A stretch of 64,000 nt of DNA from Selaginella moellendorffii (taxonomy: Eukaryota > Plantae > Lycopodiophyta), in NCBI RefSeq assembly GCF_000143415.4, contig NW_003314275.1, forward strand, positions 2,461,419 to 2,525,418. Reading direction: 5' to 3'. Position 1 is the first letter of the stretch; every line of letters starts with the position of its first letter. The position numbers and the translations under genes are program-made. Below are positions 1 through 12,870 of the stretch, piece by piece. Under the pieces are notes generated by a model, which searched no databases, was not told the origin of the DNA, and saw only the letters and a list, made by a program, of their open reading frames with translations.

Positions 1-139
1 CTAGCTTAGGCGGAGATTAAAAAAAAGATATTTTTTGACCTCTTGCTATCATGGTAGTAAGGAAAGAATATCCACAAGGATTAACTAACAGGTAACTTTT
101 GATACCTAAAGTCATATTTGCAACAGTTCACATCATAAC

Positions 140-1669
140 TGTAGGCGACTAATTTTTCCATTCTACTTTAGTCACTTAACCACACCTCCGACCACTTGGA
201 GGAGTCTCATTCACAACCTCCATAAGTCCAACTCAGGACTTGGGGCTTGCTAGCCCCAAGAATGGCATCCGTGCCACTCAACCTTAGCACGTGGTCCAAG
301 TGCTCCACGTGTCTGATCCCTTGATCAACACCCCAAGGTACCACCGACGTATCGGCCTGTTATGCTAAGGCCATGCCCATTTACCTTGGTCACACTGGTG
401 GTCCAACACCACCTGCATTCCAATCCCGTCTCTCCAAGACTGGGTCATCCGTCCATGAGTGATCATCCCAGATCCACTCCTTAACATCCTTAGGATGCCT
501 ACAGACATGGGGAATAGCCTTCCCCAATATCTCTATTCCGGTCCCCACCAAGTCCCTTTCTGTCCTTGGTTGTGTTCGCCAACACTGCCACTGGATCAAG
601 GCCCACCGGCCCAACCACTAAGTCCCACTATCCTCTAGGACTTCCTCACCATGTGACCGTATCCTTGGTCACTACATTAGAGGCCTACTCCTCTTCCCTT
701 TCACCGTTTGGGACTTTGGGACAACATTTCGGAACACCGTGGCCTTACGCAAGCCTCATGGGTACTCTCCCCGCCTTTCGCCTTTAGGTGCTCTAGCCAT
801 GGGCTTAGAGCGAGGTTCCGTTGAGCCACGACAGGTATCCAAGTAGGTAGTGCCACCCACACTTGGACTGGGAGCATCGGCCAGTCGATCTCCCGGGGGA
901 ACTAGAGCCGGCTCTTGAACACTTCACCAAGCTACCCCGCTTGTCGGTCTGTGTTCACTCTAGTCTTGGACTTCCCAGTGGGCAGCTCATCACCCAACAT
1001 TGGGTCTGGCCTTCTTGGGCCAAACTGGCCTTTCCTGGCCAAATTGGCTCCACTGCAGTCCTCCCCCCTACTATACTTTTGGAGCTCACCAAACCCCCCA
1101 GGGTCTGGGAGACGAACGCTTTGGGCTTTCACCCTCTCAGACTCGAACTCGGACTCGGACTCGGACTCGGACTCAGACTCAGACTCGGACTCGGGCTCGG
1201 GCTCGGTCTCGGCCTCGGCCTTGGTCTCGGTCTCGGTCCCGATCTCGGTCTCGGTCTCAGTCTCGGTCTCGGTCTCAGTCCCGGTTCCATCTCGGACTCC
1301 ATCTCGGGTCCATCTCGGACTCCATCTCGGACTCCATCTCGGGTCCATCTCGGACTCCATCTCGGACTCCATCTCGGGTCCATCTCGGACTCCATCTCGG
1401 ACTCCATCTCGGGTCCATCTCGGACTTCTTCTCGGACACTTCCACGTGTCATGTGTTGGTCCTTTTTGGGTCCCTTTTTGGAGCCTTGCCTATGGCTCGC
1501 TTCGTGCTCATTCCTCGAGCACTTCTTTGGGAGTTCCACTCCCGCTCTTGACTTTTCAAGTCGGAGCTTTTGGTCCAAACGTATTACGCTCGTTTGGCTC
1601 TCGCTTCGGCCACTACCATGTGGCGCCCTTCCGGCTCCACTTTGGGGCCTAGGGATTTTGTGTCTCACA
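140..1669 (-). repeat. 3' LTR of element 140-7357
   Basis: About 98% identical to 5742-7357 outside the internal repeat array (roughly 20 substitutions in the first kb by eye, nearly all transitions). Confidence 0.95.
1138..1440. repeat. Hexamer/12-mer tandem array (CTCGGA/CTCGGT, then CCATCTCGGACT-type) inside LTR
   Basis: Directly visible; longer in the other LTR (6740-7128). Produces the spurious SD/GL/RT-repeat ORFs. Confidence 0.95.
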
Positions 1670-4600
1670 ACTCCACCACCCATAGACAAAGTTCAATGTC
1701 CTCATCGAATGGTAAACCATTTTGTAAAGTAACACTCGCATGTGTTACCATTTCCATCCTTGGCACTCAGCCAATATTTGTCTATGGTTGGACATTGAAG
1801 GCTCACCATGCCTTATCCATCCTCCAAGGAGCATAGTCCCTCCAACATAGAGACTCATTTGACCACTTGTGGTGGTTCTTTCCTTTTATTGGTTTAGTTC
1901 TCACTAAACCTGTTAGAGACACCTTCTCTAACTTAATTCCACTACTCATTCTCGAGTAATCTCAGATTCCATCGACATAACCTTTGCACTTTAGAACTTT
2001 TAATTTTGACTTCTCAGAGTCAATTTCCTAAGTGTCTCCGACACCTTCCATTGCACATGGTGCAACTCCACTTCCCCATCCTGGGAAGTTCTTTACTTGA
2101 GGGCACCATCATCCTCTCTTCGATATCACGCCATCTTTGGCACTAAGTTCCAGTTATTATAATTTGTGCTAGGGCAGTCCACAGCCCTATTATTTGGCTA
2201 CCTTACTCCCCCTTGGAGCTTCTACTTTCGCCAAATCGGAGCAATTCGGAATCCATCCTTGGAAACACAATTCCTTTCCCGCAATTTGTTAGCGTCCAAC
2301 ACCTTAGTGTTCCTCGCCTAACTTTGCCACTTGGATTCTTTCCAAGGGATTCTACGGCCCTATCTTGGCCACTCATCTTTTGCTCCTATCCGTTGATTGT
2401 TGCACCAAGCAACACCGAATCTCTACCTCCCTCCTTGAGGTATTTTTTTGATTCTATAGCAAAGGCTCTGCTTTGCCAAAACTAGGGTGTTCACCCCTAG
2501 TAAGTCTCTTTAGCATCTTCTGTTGTGGGCTCTATCCACAGCCCAACTTTGTGACCCTCCCATAGGTCTCTTTAAAGACTACTTTCCTTGGACACACTAT
2601 GCCATCGCAATGACATAGCTCATTTCCCTAAGGTGCTTTTCCCACTTGGTCACCTTGACCAAGCCACACCATCATCAATAGTTCAAATCAACACTTTGAA
2701 CTAGGAACCTTATTCCTTAACCCAAACAAGAACCTTGTCCTTATTTAGCCACAAGATCACCTAGTGATCTCGCCTCGGCACTTTAACAGGTTTGCCAATA
2801 GGTACTAGGTCTTCCAAACCTTTAACTTGTTAACTACGACTCCGGGGGCATCCCCCACACTTGGCGGTGCGCCTAAGCCAGCCCTTCCGACCAAGGGTCC
2901 ATAGCAATTGAGACTGGGTGTCCCCATCTCATTCACCACGTCCTTGGTGCCACTTGCACCAAAGCGTTCAAGTTAGATATGCCGAGCTTTCACACTAAGC
3001 AATTTAACCGTGCATCACGACTCCGAGGCATCCCTCACTTGGCGGTGTGCCCAAACCAGTCTCCCCACTGAGAGTCCATGACCACCGAAATATGAGTGTC
3101 CTCATATTCCAAACCATCACCACGCCCTAGTGATTTGGGACTCGAACCCAAGCACTAGAGGGTCGGGACTCGAACCCAACCTCCGTATATGCATCTACGG
3201 ATGGCATCACACAAGATGCCTGGCGTGACTCCCCACGCCGGTGCACCAACCTATTTTTAAAGCGCGCTATAGATCACAGCTTAGGAACTTAGTTTCTCCA
3301 CACTGCCAAGTCCTCTCACTTGACAAGTCTGTGATCACGCATGGACTCCTCCATGCTTGGCCCCACAGCCCACCTTTTTTGAAGTTATCACCTTCAACTA
3401 GGGTATTCGTTCCCCCGACTTGCCAACCTCACTTGGCAAGTCCTCCGACCACTGTAACATGGTTCTTGCATAAGCGTGAAAGTCCTTGATCATCGACTTT
3501 CATTCAAAGCCCTCTCTTTGAACACTCGGGAACTACTTCCCTAACCTTGATAGCCTTGCCTCATGGCAAGCTTCAAGACCACGCTTCTGCTGCGCCACTC
3601 TGATTTCACGCGTTCCTTGAACCATTTACACTTGGCCTTTCTAGGTACTAAGCTACCTAGAATCCTCTTTGGGAACCTTGAAGGATCTCTGTCCCTTAGC
3701 TTGCTAAGGCCTCCCTTTTTGCAAGCTTTCCAATTACCATATAGTCTAACATGGACAATTCCATATTTTAGACTCTCCATGGCATCACGGTTGCTAGCGG
3801 CAACACCCTCGAGCCCCCACTTGATTCTCCACTCCCAGCTGGCATAACCAACCTTGGTTTTGCCCTTCGATTCCTATGGTTCGGTTCTATCCCCTTACTT
3901 CTTGCTTTTGGCTTCACACCTTTCCTTCGGTCATTCTCCTCCAGATCAGGAGGATAGCTTTGCACTTTCTATCATGCTTTGCACTTTCTATCATGCCTTA
4001 GCAAGTATTCTTAGGGATGAACCTACCCGATAGCCTAGGGAGTGGTTCCTCAATCCAGGTATGCTCACCCTATAATCCCACACACCGGGATTATGTTGTT
4101 GCTTACGGGCCTTTGCATGCCCATTGCTAGCCTTGCCAAAATTCCATTTTTGGCTTTGTCCAATTCGAGTAGACAGTCTTCTCCTGTCTCTGCCAACTTG
4201 GACATTTGGATAGCACCTACTATCCATCATTCGCTAGGGACTTAGTCCCTTGGGCCTTATCTACTGCCCTCGCAACATCAAACACCACCTCCTGGTGTTC
4301 TGGAGTGTTCAGGTGTCCCAATGACGGCTTCCTTGACAATGAGTATTTCCTTTTATGACATTGACTTACTATATCGCAACATAAGTAACTTATCCCTCGT
4401 AAGGGTATATCCAACTTCCCTATGCCATTAAGAAGGCTTGGGTAGCTACCTTCTACCCGTTTAACCAATTATTTTGCACCTCTTGCTTAGTTGCCCTATA
4501 ATTGTCAAGTCCTACAACTCATTGCTTGGTGCTTCCACACCTCTATCATTATCTGGGTCACCACACCCTAACCGCATGCCTTCCAGCTTAGGCTATGCCT

Positions 4601-5726
4601 TTCCCATTTCCATTGGGATTCCTTTGGACAGGGTTCTCATGAACCCGCCAACTTGACCTCAAGGCAGCACGCCTTGGCACCTTCAGTGTTTCCACACCAT
4701 TGGCTCCACGAGCCTATCCTTACCACACTACTTATTAGTGTTTAGGTCTTTGCCAAGACCAATATAGTTGTTCCTCATGTTAACTATCCGTTAGCACCGC
4801 ACCATAGTGTTTGCACCCAACTCTGGGCGAAAGTTGCTTTCTTCTGGGAACATCTTTCCCACGATTTTAATATGGCACATTCTGTCATCAATGAGATACT
4901 CACTGTTCTCATATTTGGATCTTGTGATCCTCCCCATACCTCATGGGGCACTATACACCTCCGTCCAAATGCTTCAACCAATCTCTTAGGACCATTCCCT
5001 GACTCCACTTGAGTCATTCAGCATTTTAGACTTTGCTAATCCAATGACCTGCGAGGTCTTAGTCTTCGAGGTGTCAACTCGCTGGAATACAACTTCTTGT
5101 ATTCAGGTCCTACTCACAAGGACCATCTTTGCAAGTGTTACTCCGACACTTGATTTGTTCTCTTGGGGCAACCTTTTGCCCGTTAGGGCCATGTGTCCAT
5201 GTGATGAGAATACCAACTCATCCTCTGAGTGCACCCCCAACTCTTTGGGTTGTTCCAGCATTTATTAAAGGTAGCCCCAGCTACCACTTCAAGGACTCGT
5301 GTCCTCACCCATGCTTGACCTCTCACGGTCATCCATTCCGGTCTCACCTTCATGAGCACCAGCCTCAACTATGTGAGGATAATCTTGTGACTCCTTTATT
5401 GTTTTGGAGTCTCTATTTTTCCCGTGATCCCAACTATAGTTGTTTACCACAACTACCTTAGCCAATTTGCTGAGACAAATGCTCATCCGGATCACATCCT
5501 CAACTCAATGAGGAGAATCTTGCACTGTTCCCAAGATCTCAAAGTCGTTCCATTATTGGCCCTTTTCTATCCACCACCTTGTCTACAAGTTCCCACATGA
5601 ACTATGATGGAGAGCCATGTCTTCCCGACCTGCTACTCCTCAAGGATAGGCCCACTCCTCGGACCTTCTGATGCCAACACCAGTGGTGATATACTTGAGC
5701 ACCAATAAAAGTCGGACTAAGGAACA

Positions 5727-5738
5727 GCTCTGATACCA
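5727..5738 (-). promoter_or_regulatory. Primer-binding site, tRNA-iMet (TGGTATCAGAGC)
   Basis: Plus strand gctctgatacca, 3 nt from the LTR edge at 5742. Confidence 0.93.
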
Positions 5739-5741
5739 AAT

Positions 5742-7357
5742 TGTAGGCGACTAATTTTTCCATTCTACTTTAGTCACTTAACCACACCTCCGACCACTTG
5801 GAGGAGTCTCATTCACAACCTCCATAAGTCCAACTCAGGACTTGGGGCTTGCTAGCCCCGAGAATGGCATCCGTGCCACTCAACCTTAGCACGTGGTCCA
5901 AGTGCTCCACGTGTCCAATCCCTTGATCGACACCCCAAGGTACCACCGACGTATCGGCCCGTTACGCTAAGGCCATGCCCATTTACCTTGGTCACACTGG
6001 TGGTCCAACACCACCTGTATTCCAATCCCGTCTCTCCAAGACTGGGTCATCCGTCCATGAGTGATCATCCCAGATCCACTCCTTAACATCCTTAGGATGC
6101 CTATAGACATGGGGAATAGCCTTCCCCAATATCTCTGTTCCGGTCCCCACCAAGTCCCTTTCTGTCCTTGGTTGTGTTCGCCAACACTGCCACTGGATCA
6201 AGGCCCACCGGCCCGACCACTAAGTCCCACTATCCTCTAGGACTTCCTCACCATGTGACCGTATCCTTGGTCACTACATTAGAGGCCTACTCCTCTTCCC
6301 TTTCACCGTTTGGGACTTTGGGACAACATTTCGGAACACCGTGGCCTTATGCAAGCCTCATGGGTACTCTCCCCGCCTTTCGCCTTTAGGTGCTCTAGCC
6401 ATGGGCTTAGAGCGAGGTTCCGTTGAGCCACAACAGGTATCCAAGTAGGTCGTGCCACCCACACTTGGACTGGGAGTATCGGCCAGTCGATCTCCCGGGG
6501 GAACTAGAGCCGGCTCTTGAACACTTCACCAAGCTACCCCGCTTGTCGGTCCGTGTTCACTCTAGTCTTGGACTTCCTAGTGGGCAGCTCATCACCCAAC
6601 ACTGGGTCTGGCCTTCCTGGGCCAAACTGGCCTTTCCTGGCCAAATTGGCTCCACTACAGTCCTCCCCCCTACTATACTTTTGGAGCTCACCAAACCCCC
6701 CAGGGTCTGGGAGACGAACACTTTGGGCTTTCACCCTCTCAGACTCGAACTCGGACTCGGACTCGGACTCGGACTCGGACTCGGACTTGGACTCGGACTC
6801 GGGCTCGGCCTAGGCCTTGGTCTCGGTCTCGGTCCCGATCTCGGTCTCGGTCTCAGTCTCGGTCTCGGTCTTAGTCCCGGTTCCATCTCGGACTCCATCT
6901 CAGGTCCATCTCGGACTCCATCTCGGGTCCATCTCGGACTCCATCTCGGGTCCATCTCGGACTCCATCTCAGACTCCATCTCGGGTCCATCTCGGACTCC
7001 ATCTCGGGTCCATCTCGGACTCCATCTCGGGTCCATCTCGGACTCCATCTCAGACTCCATCTCGGGTCCATCTCGGACTCCATCTCGGACTCCATCTCGG
7101 GTCCATCTCGGACTTCATCTCGGACACTTCCACGTGTCATGTGTTGGTCCTTTTTGCGTCCCTTTTTGGAGCCTTGCCTATGGCTCGCTTCGTGCTCATT
7201 CCTCGAGCACTTCTTTGGGAGTTCCACTCCCGCTCTTGACTTTTCAAGTCGGAGCTTTTGGTCCAAACGTGTTACGCTCGTTTGGCTCTCGCTTCGGCCA
7301 CTACCATGTGGTGCCTTTCCGGCTCCACTTTGGGGCCTAGGGATTTTGTGTCTCACA
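5742..7357 (-). repeat. 5' LTR of element 140-7357
   Basis: See paired LTR; PBS adjacent. Confidence 0.95.
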
Positions 7358-7362
7358 ATAAC

Positions 7363-10060
7363 TTGGAAAATGAGAAAGTTTAGAAATTAAATAAAAATAT
7401 AAAATACTTACTCACCTTTTTAGACTTACTTTGAATGCCCTTAATATTGATGTTAATAGGATCCATGATGCATTCGGAGGAGAATGACTTGAAATAAACT
7501 TCTGCTACACACATCATAAGCTTATACATCCAGTTGGGGTCATTTAGTAAGATAAAACTTATATAGCCAACTTCATATAGAAATGTTTATGACAAAAAGA
7601 ATATATCACACAAGTGGTTAGGTGTGAGAAAGTTTCTAGTCCTCAACTTTCCTATCAATATTTGAAAACTATTTGGAAAGTTGAAGAGAATGAAGTTTGC
7701 AATGGTTTTTATACCTTTTAGCACTAATGGTCAAACTAGTGTTGTATTTCCATATTCATGTCGTCTTTTGTGAAAGATATCAGCAATTTACTATAGGAGC
7801 CAATGAAGACACCCACAATGCCTCGATATGTTATCGGTTATAGAAGAGTTATATGAATAAGAAACCCTACTATCATATATTCATTTGGTAGTGAAATTAG
7901 AGCTTGATCCTGGTTATCAAGTGGTGGAATATGAGTTTGATTTAGATCTTCCTTATCCTCATCTCCATTGTCACTTGCATCGTCATTGAATTTGAACTTC
8001 CCATGAGGTCACTTAACCCAGTACTATTTAAACCTAAAGACATTTAACTCCAAATAACCCAAGACCTTTAATCAATTGGAAAAAAGGGTGCACTTTTATT
8101 CATGGGTTTTTTCCTTTTATATTTGAACCTTTATAGATTATTTCTCAAGTCATTCTCTTTAATTACTTACAATCCACCACACTTCCTTGTAAATTCACAC
8201 TTTCGTGAAAAATTGAGAACTACAACTCTCCCCAAGAGCCCCACTCTTTGATACTAAATATCCCAAGACCCTACTCACAGTTTGCATGATATAGATAACC
8301 CTGCTTATCATGTTCTCAAATATTTATGACAGCCTTTTTTCTCTGTTCATCAAGTAGACATTGGGGAACTTTAAAGTCTCTATCTATTATTTGTATGGAA
8401 ATCAATTTTGTGATATTGTAAATCATATCATCTAAAGTTTTGTTCACTACAAAAGCAATATGTGTAATTGAGAAAAATGAAGCACACAATAAGAAATTTA
8501 TATTTATGAGTATAAAGTTTAGCTATACTCTTTAGCTGCTCCTTTGGTCTATGATTGTTTGTAATGCATACTAGTGTCTTCAACTTTGAAGACTTTACAT
8601 ATTGAATTTTATACTCAATTTGTAAAAACTCAGCCAAGAGCTCTTCCCAACTCTTCTCCATATACACAAGTTCATATACATCTTGCTTGACCTTTACTAA
8701 AGGATAGAAACAAAAAATATATAAATAATCCCTTATAAAGTGAAGGAAAGACATACCTTATAGCACATCATAAACATAAAATTGATTGGGTTGTTGAACT
8801 AGATTATACCATCATTTTGAGTCTATAAGTATTGCAAGATCATCACAATAATATTGTTAGATATCATCCTCACTCAACTTTACCAAAAACTATAGTTCTT
8901 TGATGTCATGAACAAAGTTCTACTTTTGGACAAAAAATTATTTAAGTCTACATTCAAACATGACAAAGCAAGTGAAAGTGGAGTTGAAGGCAAAATTTTA
9001 ACAAACTTATATATTGATCTTTTGGCAGGTTAAGACATGTCTATTGACATCCAAAAGAAGCTACACAATTACGGTTACTGTCAATAATTTGGAATATTAT
9101 CCCTGCAAGCTATCAAGTCTCAGGATGGCTAATAAACATGTTATTGAATTCAAAAGACATCTTTTTCCAAATAGGATCTTTGCATTTCATGATCTCGAGT
9201 GTGACGGTAACAATTTCTATTATTCCTAGCTTGCAAAAAGCATATTACTACCCTTGGTAACCTAAAGCTCCTTTTAAAAGTGTTTGAATTAGTATTTGGA
9301 TATTCAATGAAATATCTAAATAATCAGGTGCTAAAAGATTAATATTTGTGTCTACATTCAACTTGAAACAATACAAAATAGTGTTAGAAAAATATTTATT
9401 GATATGATATATTTGAATGGAATGTAGATCAGATTTAGTTTTAAAACTTACAAATATCTAATTCAAAAACTAAATTTTTTTATTTATTAGTTTATTAAGT
9501 TATATGTTAACTTAAATATAAATTACTTATTTATTTGGTTAATATAAACTGAGGATTTTTGTTTTGTGCCTTGTAGAATTGCCTAATATGTGTTTACATA
9601 TTAAACTGTATTTTACACCACTTACTGAATTTTAAATGTATTTTATAAAATATAGAAGATAAACAATAATGCTAAAATTTAATTTAACTCAATGAATTTT
9701 AGAGTTAAATGAAATTAGGTGGGAAACTTATAACTATTTTTAAGTTATAGTTTATACAACTTGAGTTTAGAAGTTGATACAAATGGAAAAATTTAATACA
9801 AAAATAATATATTGTCCTGATCTCGTTTTGTCCAATCTTTAGCATCAATAAATATTCAGGTTAATTGTTCATCAATTTTTAATTTATAACTTAGTGATTG
9901 TGAGTAATATATTTACAAACTTTTTTGGTTAAATAATGATCAACCCTAAAATGGTTGATGATATGCTAGTCTACTTGCATATAGTAGCATTCGATTTTCT
10001 TTCAGCCCTCTCACCATTTTTCTTGTAATCAAATTCTATTATAATTGATTTTTTGTCATA
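7363..10060. repeat. AT-rich decayed retroelement DNA; segmental-duplication unit (copies at 61324-64000 direct, 53387-54872 partial, 46320-47215 inverted part)
   Basis: Colinear near-identity with those intervals; degenerate PBS-like motif (ccactctttgatactaa, ~8242-8258). Confidence 0.8.
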
Positions 10061-11033
10061 AATGATGCAGATTTGGACTCTTGCTCTTCATTACAAATAT
10101 AGTTCCTCAACCACAGAAAGATTCTCCAGGCTTCAACTGCTGGAGTCATTCCACTGCATATCCAGCCGGCTATCTCGACCTGGAGCACATCTCCATGGCG
10201 GTTCCCTTCATGACCTCTGCACTAACATCATCCAAAGAATGTCTACCCTAAACTCTCTCTTATAACACTCTCCCGTACGTTTTCGGATTGTACCAGTTTG
10301 GCAACTCACTGGGGAAAGCACGTCCCAAGTGCGCAGATACTAAGAGATTCAGTGTTGATGGTGTGCAACTCTCAAGGGGCGAATGAGTCTCAATCCCAAG
10401 TGATTGGAGGTCCAAAGTCAAAGATTCTGAGGTAGCATCGATGTTCAAGCTCCGAGGCAATGGTATGAAAGAAAGACAATAAGCACAGAAAGGCATCACA
10501 CATGAATTTCTCGTGTCTCATCCATCCTTGAAGCAGCCCGTCGTAGGCAGTCGATTGACAAGCCGAAAGGACCAAGCGACTTGGCCAACTGTCGACGAGA
10601 ACCAACCGCCATGAAACTTTCCAACGCCAGAGAGACCAAGCGCTTTGGCCATCCCCAGTGAAAGATTGTTAACGACAGGCCACAACTAGACGAACGAGAC
10701 CACGGAACAAGAAAACATAGAAAGCAGTTCAAATGTAACAGTTATGACAGAAAGCAAGGAAATGCAGATTAACATTCTCAGCGATTTGAGACAAAGAATG
10801 CACCTCAGAACTGTGACGATCGGAAACCTCAAGAGACAGGGGAGAGAGAAGCATTACGTACCACAGGATCGTGCCCCTCAACAAGCTGTCTCCGCATCGC
10901 GAATGGGACAGAACTTATCCCAGGAGACAGTGTCCTGCTCCCGAATCAGGTTCGGGCCTGTTAGTAACAAAATAGTTCTCGCAAAGACACTCACAGCATT
11001 AAAAGAATAGAAACGAAACGTGAACTGTACCAG

Positions 11034-11325
11034 TCAAAAGAAATACCGTTTGAGATGAACTCCATTGATTGGCTTCGGTGGTTTCCTGCCGCTCAACTCT
11101 GCTAGCCAATACGAATTAGTGCCAGCACGAGAAAGTACCTGATAACGACCAATCCAAGAAGGCTGGAACTTGGCAAAGTGATGCACAGCCGTATCAAGTC
11201 GCCACACAGGACGAATTCACGAATATAAGACTGAAAGCGCTGGTTAAACTGCCGCAGCGGTTCTGGTGGTTGTTGTCCAATGAGATCAGGCTCGTCCTTG
11301 CTCTCCAGAACTTCAAACCTCGTCA
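11034..11325 (-). pseudogene. Gypsy (Tat/Athila-type) integrase C-terminal GPY/F remnant
   Basis: Manual translation: HFAKFQPSWIG(R/P)YQVLSRAGTNSYWLAELSGRKPPKPINGVHLKRYFF*; frameshifted upstream; the copy at 45075-45350 keeps GPY. Confidence 0.8.
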
Positions 11326-11881
11326 CAAAAAGTTTGGTCAGTGAGTCGAGAAGTCAAGAAAGAAAGACTTAACACTTTCCACATGCAGCCTGGGACCTTC
11401 ATCGATGTGTCCAGGGATGATAGCCACTGTGTGCGCATCCAAAGCTCTCAAATTCTGCCCAAGCACTGCTGTCCCAGCCATCGTTTTGGGTTTTCTCAGT
11501 CCAGGACATCACACCCTCCCCCCAGGGACATCCTGGATGCATGCGAAGCAGAATTTCCTCTCTTCCTACCAAGAAGGACACGACCCCAAATCACGAACGA
11601 TCTCCACATCATGACCCATACCTCCCAACCTTGAGCTCGTTCCCGGCGGTAGCAGAAAAGCGACCAGGTAATGCGCCAAATGCCTCATTTCTTGAAAATG
11701 GGGTACAAAAGGAATGCCTACCCTAAACTCTTTCTCTCTCTAGTACAGTACACGTTCTAGAAAGCCAACCAGTCCATAGTTGTGGGAACACTGCTGTTTA
11801 GCTGGTACCTCCGTTTGCTGATGGTAGCAACTGCCATTTCCCTGTTCTTGGGAGAAAAGCGCGATACACTATTAGTACCAC

Positions 11882-12870
11882 TCAATGGAGTGAACATGAT
11901 GATAGCTGATAGGAAAATCTGCATCAACATCGGTTCGAATTATAGTTAGCGAAGAGATAGGGGACTATTTGTATGCCAGTGTTGGGATCAACCAGTGGAA
12001 CCTGTTCTTGACAATGATAATGAAGGGAAAAGATAGACCAAAAGGTTACCTGTGTTGAACCCGAGATTTGCTTGAGCTTGGAGCAATTAAGTGACCCTTT
12101 GCCCGTGTTCCAGAGGATGTAAGGAAGTTCCAGCTCGCACAGGGCTTCTCTTACGAGCCTTACAAACTACCAAAAACTTTTAGAATTCTTTGAAAACAAA
12201 GCGCTTTACATGGCTGTTCGAGTAGAGCTCAAGTAGCTTCTGTGGAGGATTTGGCAATGCTCCATTCCACAGTGACATGCCTCCCCCTGCTCGTATTATT
12301 GTCGGCACCCAGCCAGTGACTAAAGTGCTGGAACACACTATGATGAAATACCGAAGAGTTCACACTTCAATAAAACTTCTTACCTTTCTAAAATCCCGAA
12401 TGTTGGCTTGCTTCTCTCACCATATTCCTGGAACAAGTAGTTGACAATATCGGCTGCCAGAGGCATTCATGCAAGCTGATTGTGATGGAAAGAAAACGAG
12501 AAAGTTACTCACAGCTCTCGTACATTGACATGCCGGTGTTTGGATCCAAGAGAAATGGAAACCTGTCATATTCGATGAGAATTTTTTACAGACAAGAGTG
12601 TATCACTTACTGCTCTTTGCCTCCAGACGATTTCACAAACGCACGATGGACTCGAGATCCTTTGGGGCACGGATACAACTACACAAAAATTGAAAAAGTT
12701 TCCATCTGCAACTTCCGCGAGACACTACCTCGGCAGAAAGATCGTGCTTCTCTCACTCGTCTACAGAAATGCAGGCCTCTATATACAAACAAGAAAAATC
12801 AACAAACAACTGCAATACGAGAGTTTAAGCTTACCGAATTCGTAGAGCTTGAAGAGCTCAAGTTGAAGAT
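11882..12870 (-). pseudogene. 5'-truncated GST2N / thioredoxin-family (tandem GST-N domains, At4g10000-like) pseudogene with 7 short introns
   Basis: Spliced translation: KLYEF/EAC.FCRRVREA..DLSAE/LYPCPKGSRVHRAFVKSSGGKEQ/FPFLLDPNTGMSMYES/DIVNYLFQEYGERSKPTFGILES/TLVTGWVPTIIRAGGGMSLWNGALPNPPQKLLELYS../FARLVREALCELELPYILWNTGKGSLNCSKLKQISGSTQ/VPLVDPNTGIQI; GT-AG introns; frameshift and stop in exon 2. Confidence 0.88.

Larger units (their letters stand above)
140..7357 (-). mobile_element. Non-autonomous (LARD-like) Ty3/Gypsy LTR retrotransposon, full length with TSD
   Basis: Direct LTRs TG..CA at 140-1669 and 5742-7357; 5-bp TSD ATAAC (135-139, 7358-7362); tRNA-iMet PBS on the minus strand; purine tract GGTGGTGGAG next to the 3' LTR; ~4-kb interior has no long ORF. 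The empty site (catcataacttggaaaatg) is visible at ~61315 and ~53378. Confidence 0.93.

Noticed and set aside
1280-1440. Regular short repeats as a possible CRISPR array
   Set aside because: No unique spacers, no cas genes, eukaryotic LTR context.
863-1732. Long overlapping ORFs with GL/SD/RT/ES repeats (also 6423-7356, 14216-14428, 48434-48999)
   Set aside because: By-products of stop-free hexamer arrays inside LTRs; open in most frames; no domain.
3137-3180. tRNA gene or SINE at the GGTTCGA motifs (also 19250-19262)
   Set aside because: Only a T-arm is present; no D-arm/A-box, anticodon arm or cloverleaf.
11480-11570. RING-finger-like FCFACIQ on the minus strand
   Set aside because: The remaining Cys/His ligands are absent; too short to support.
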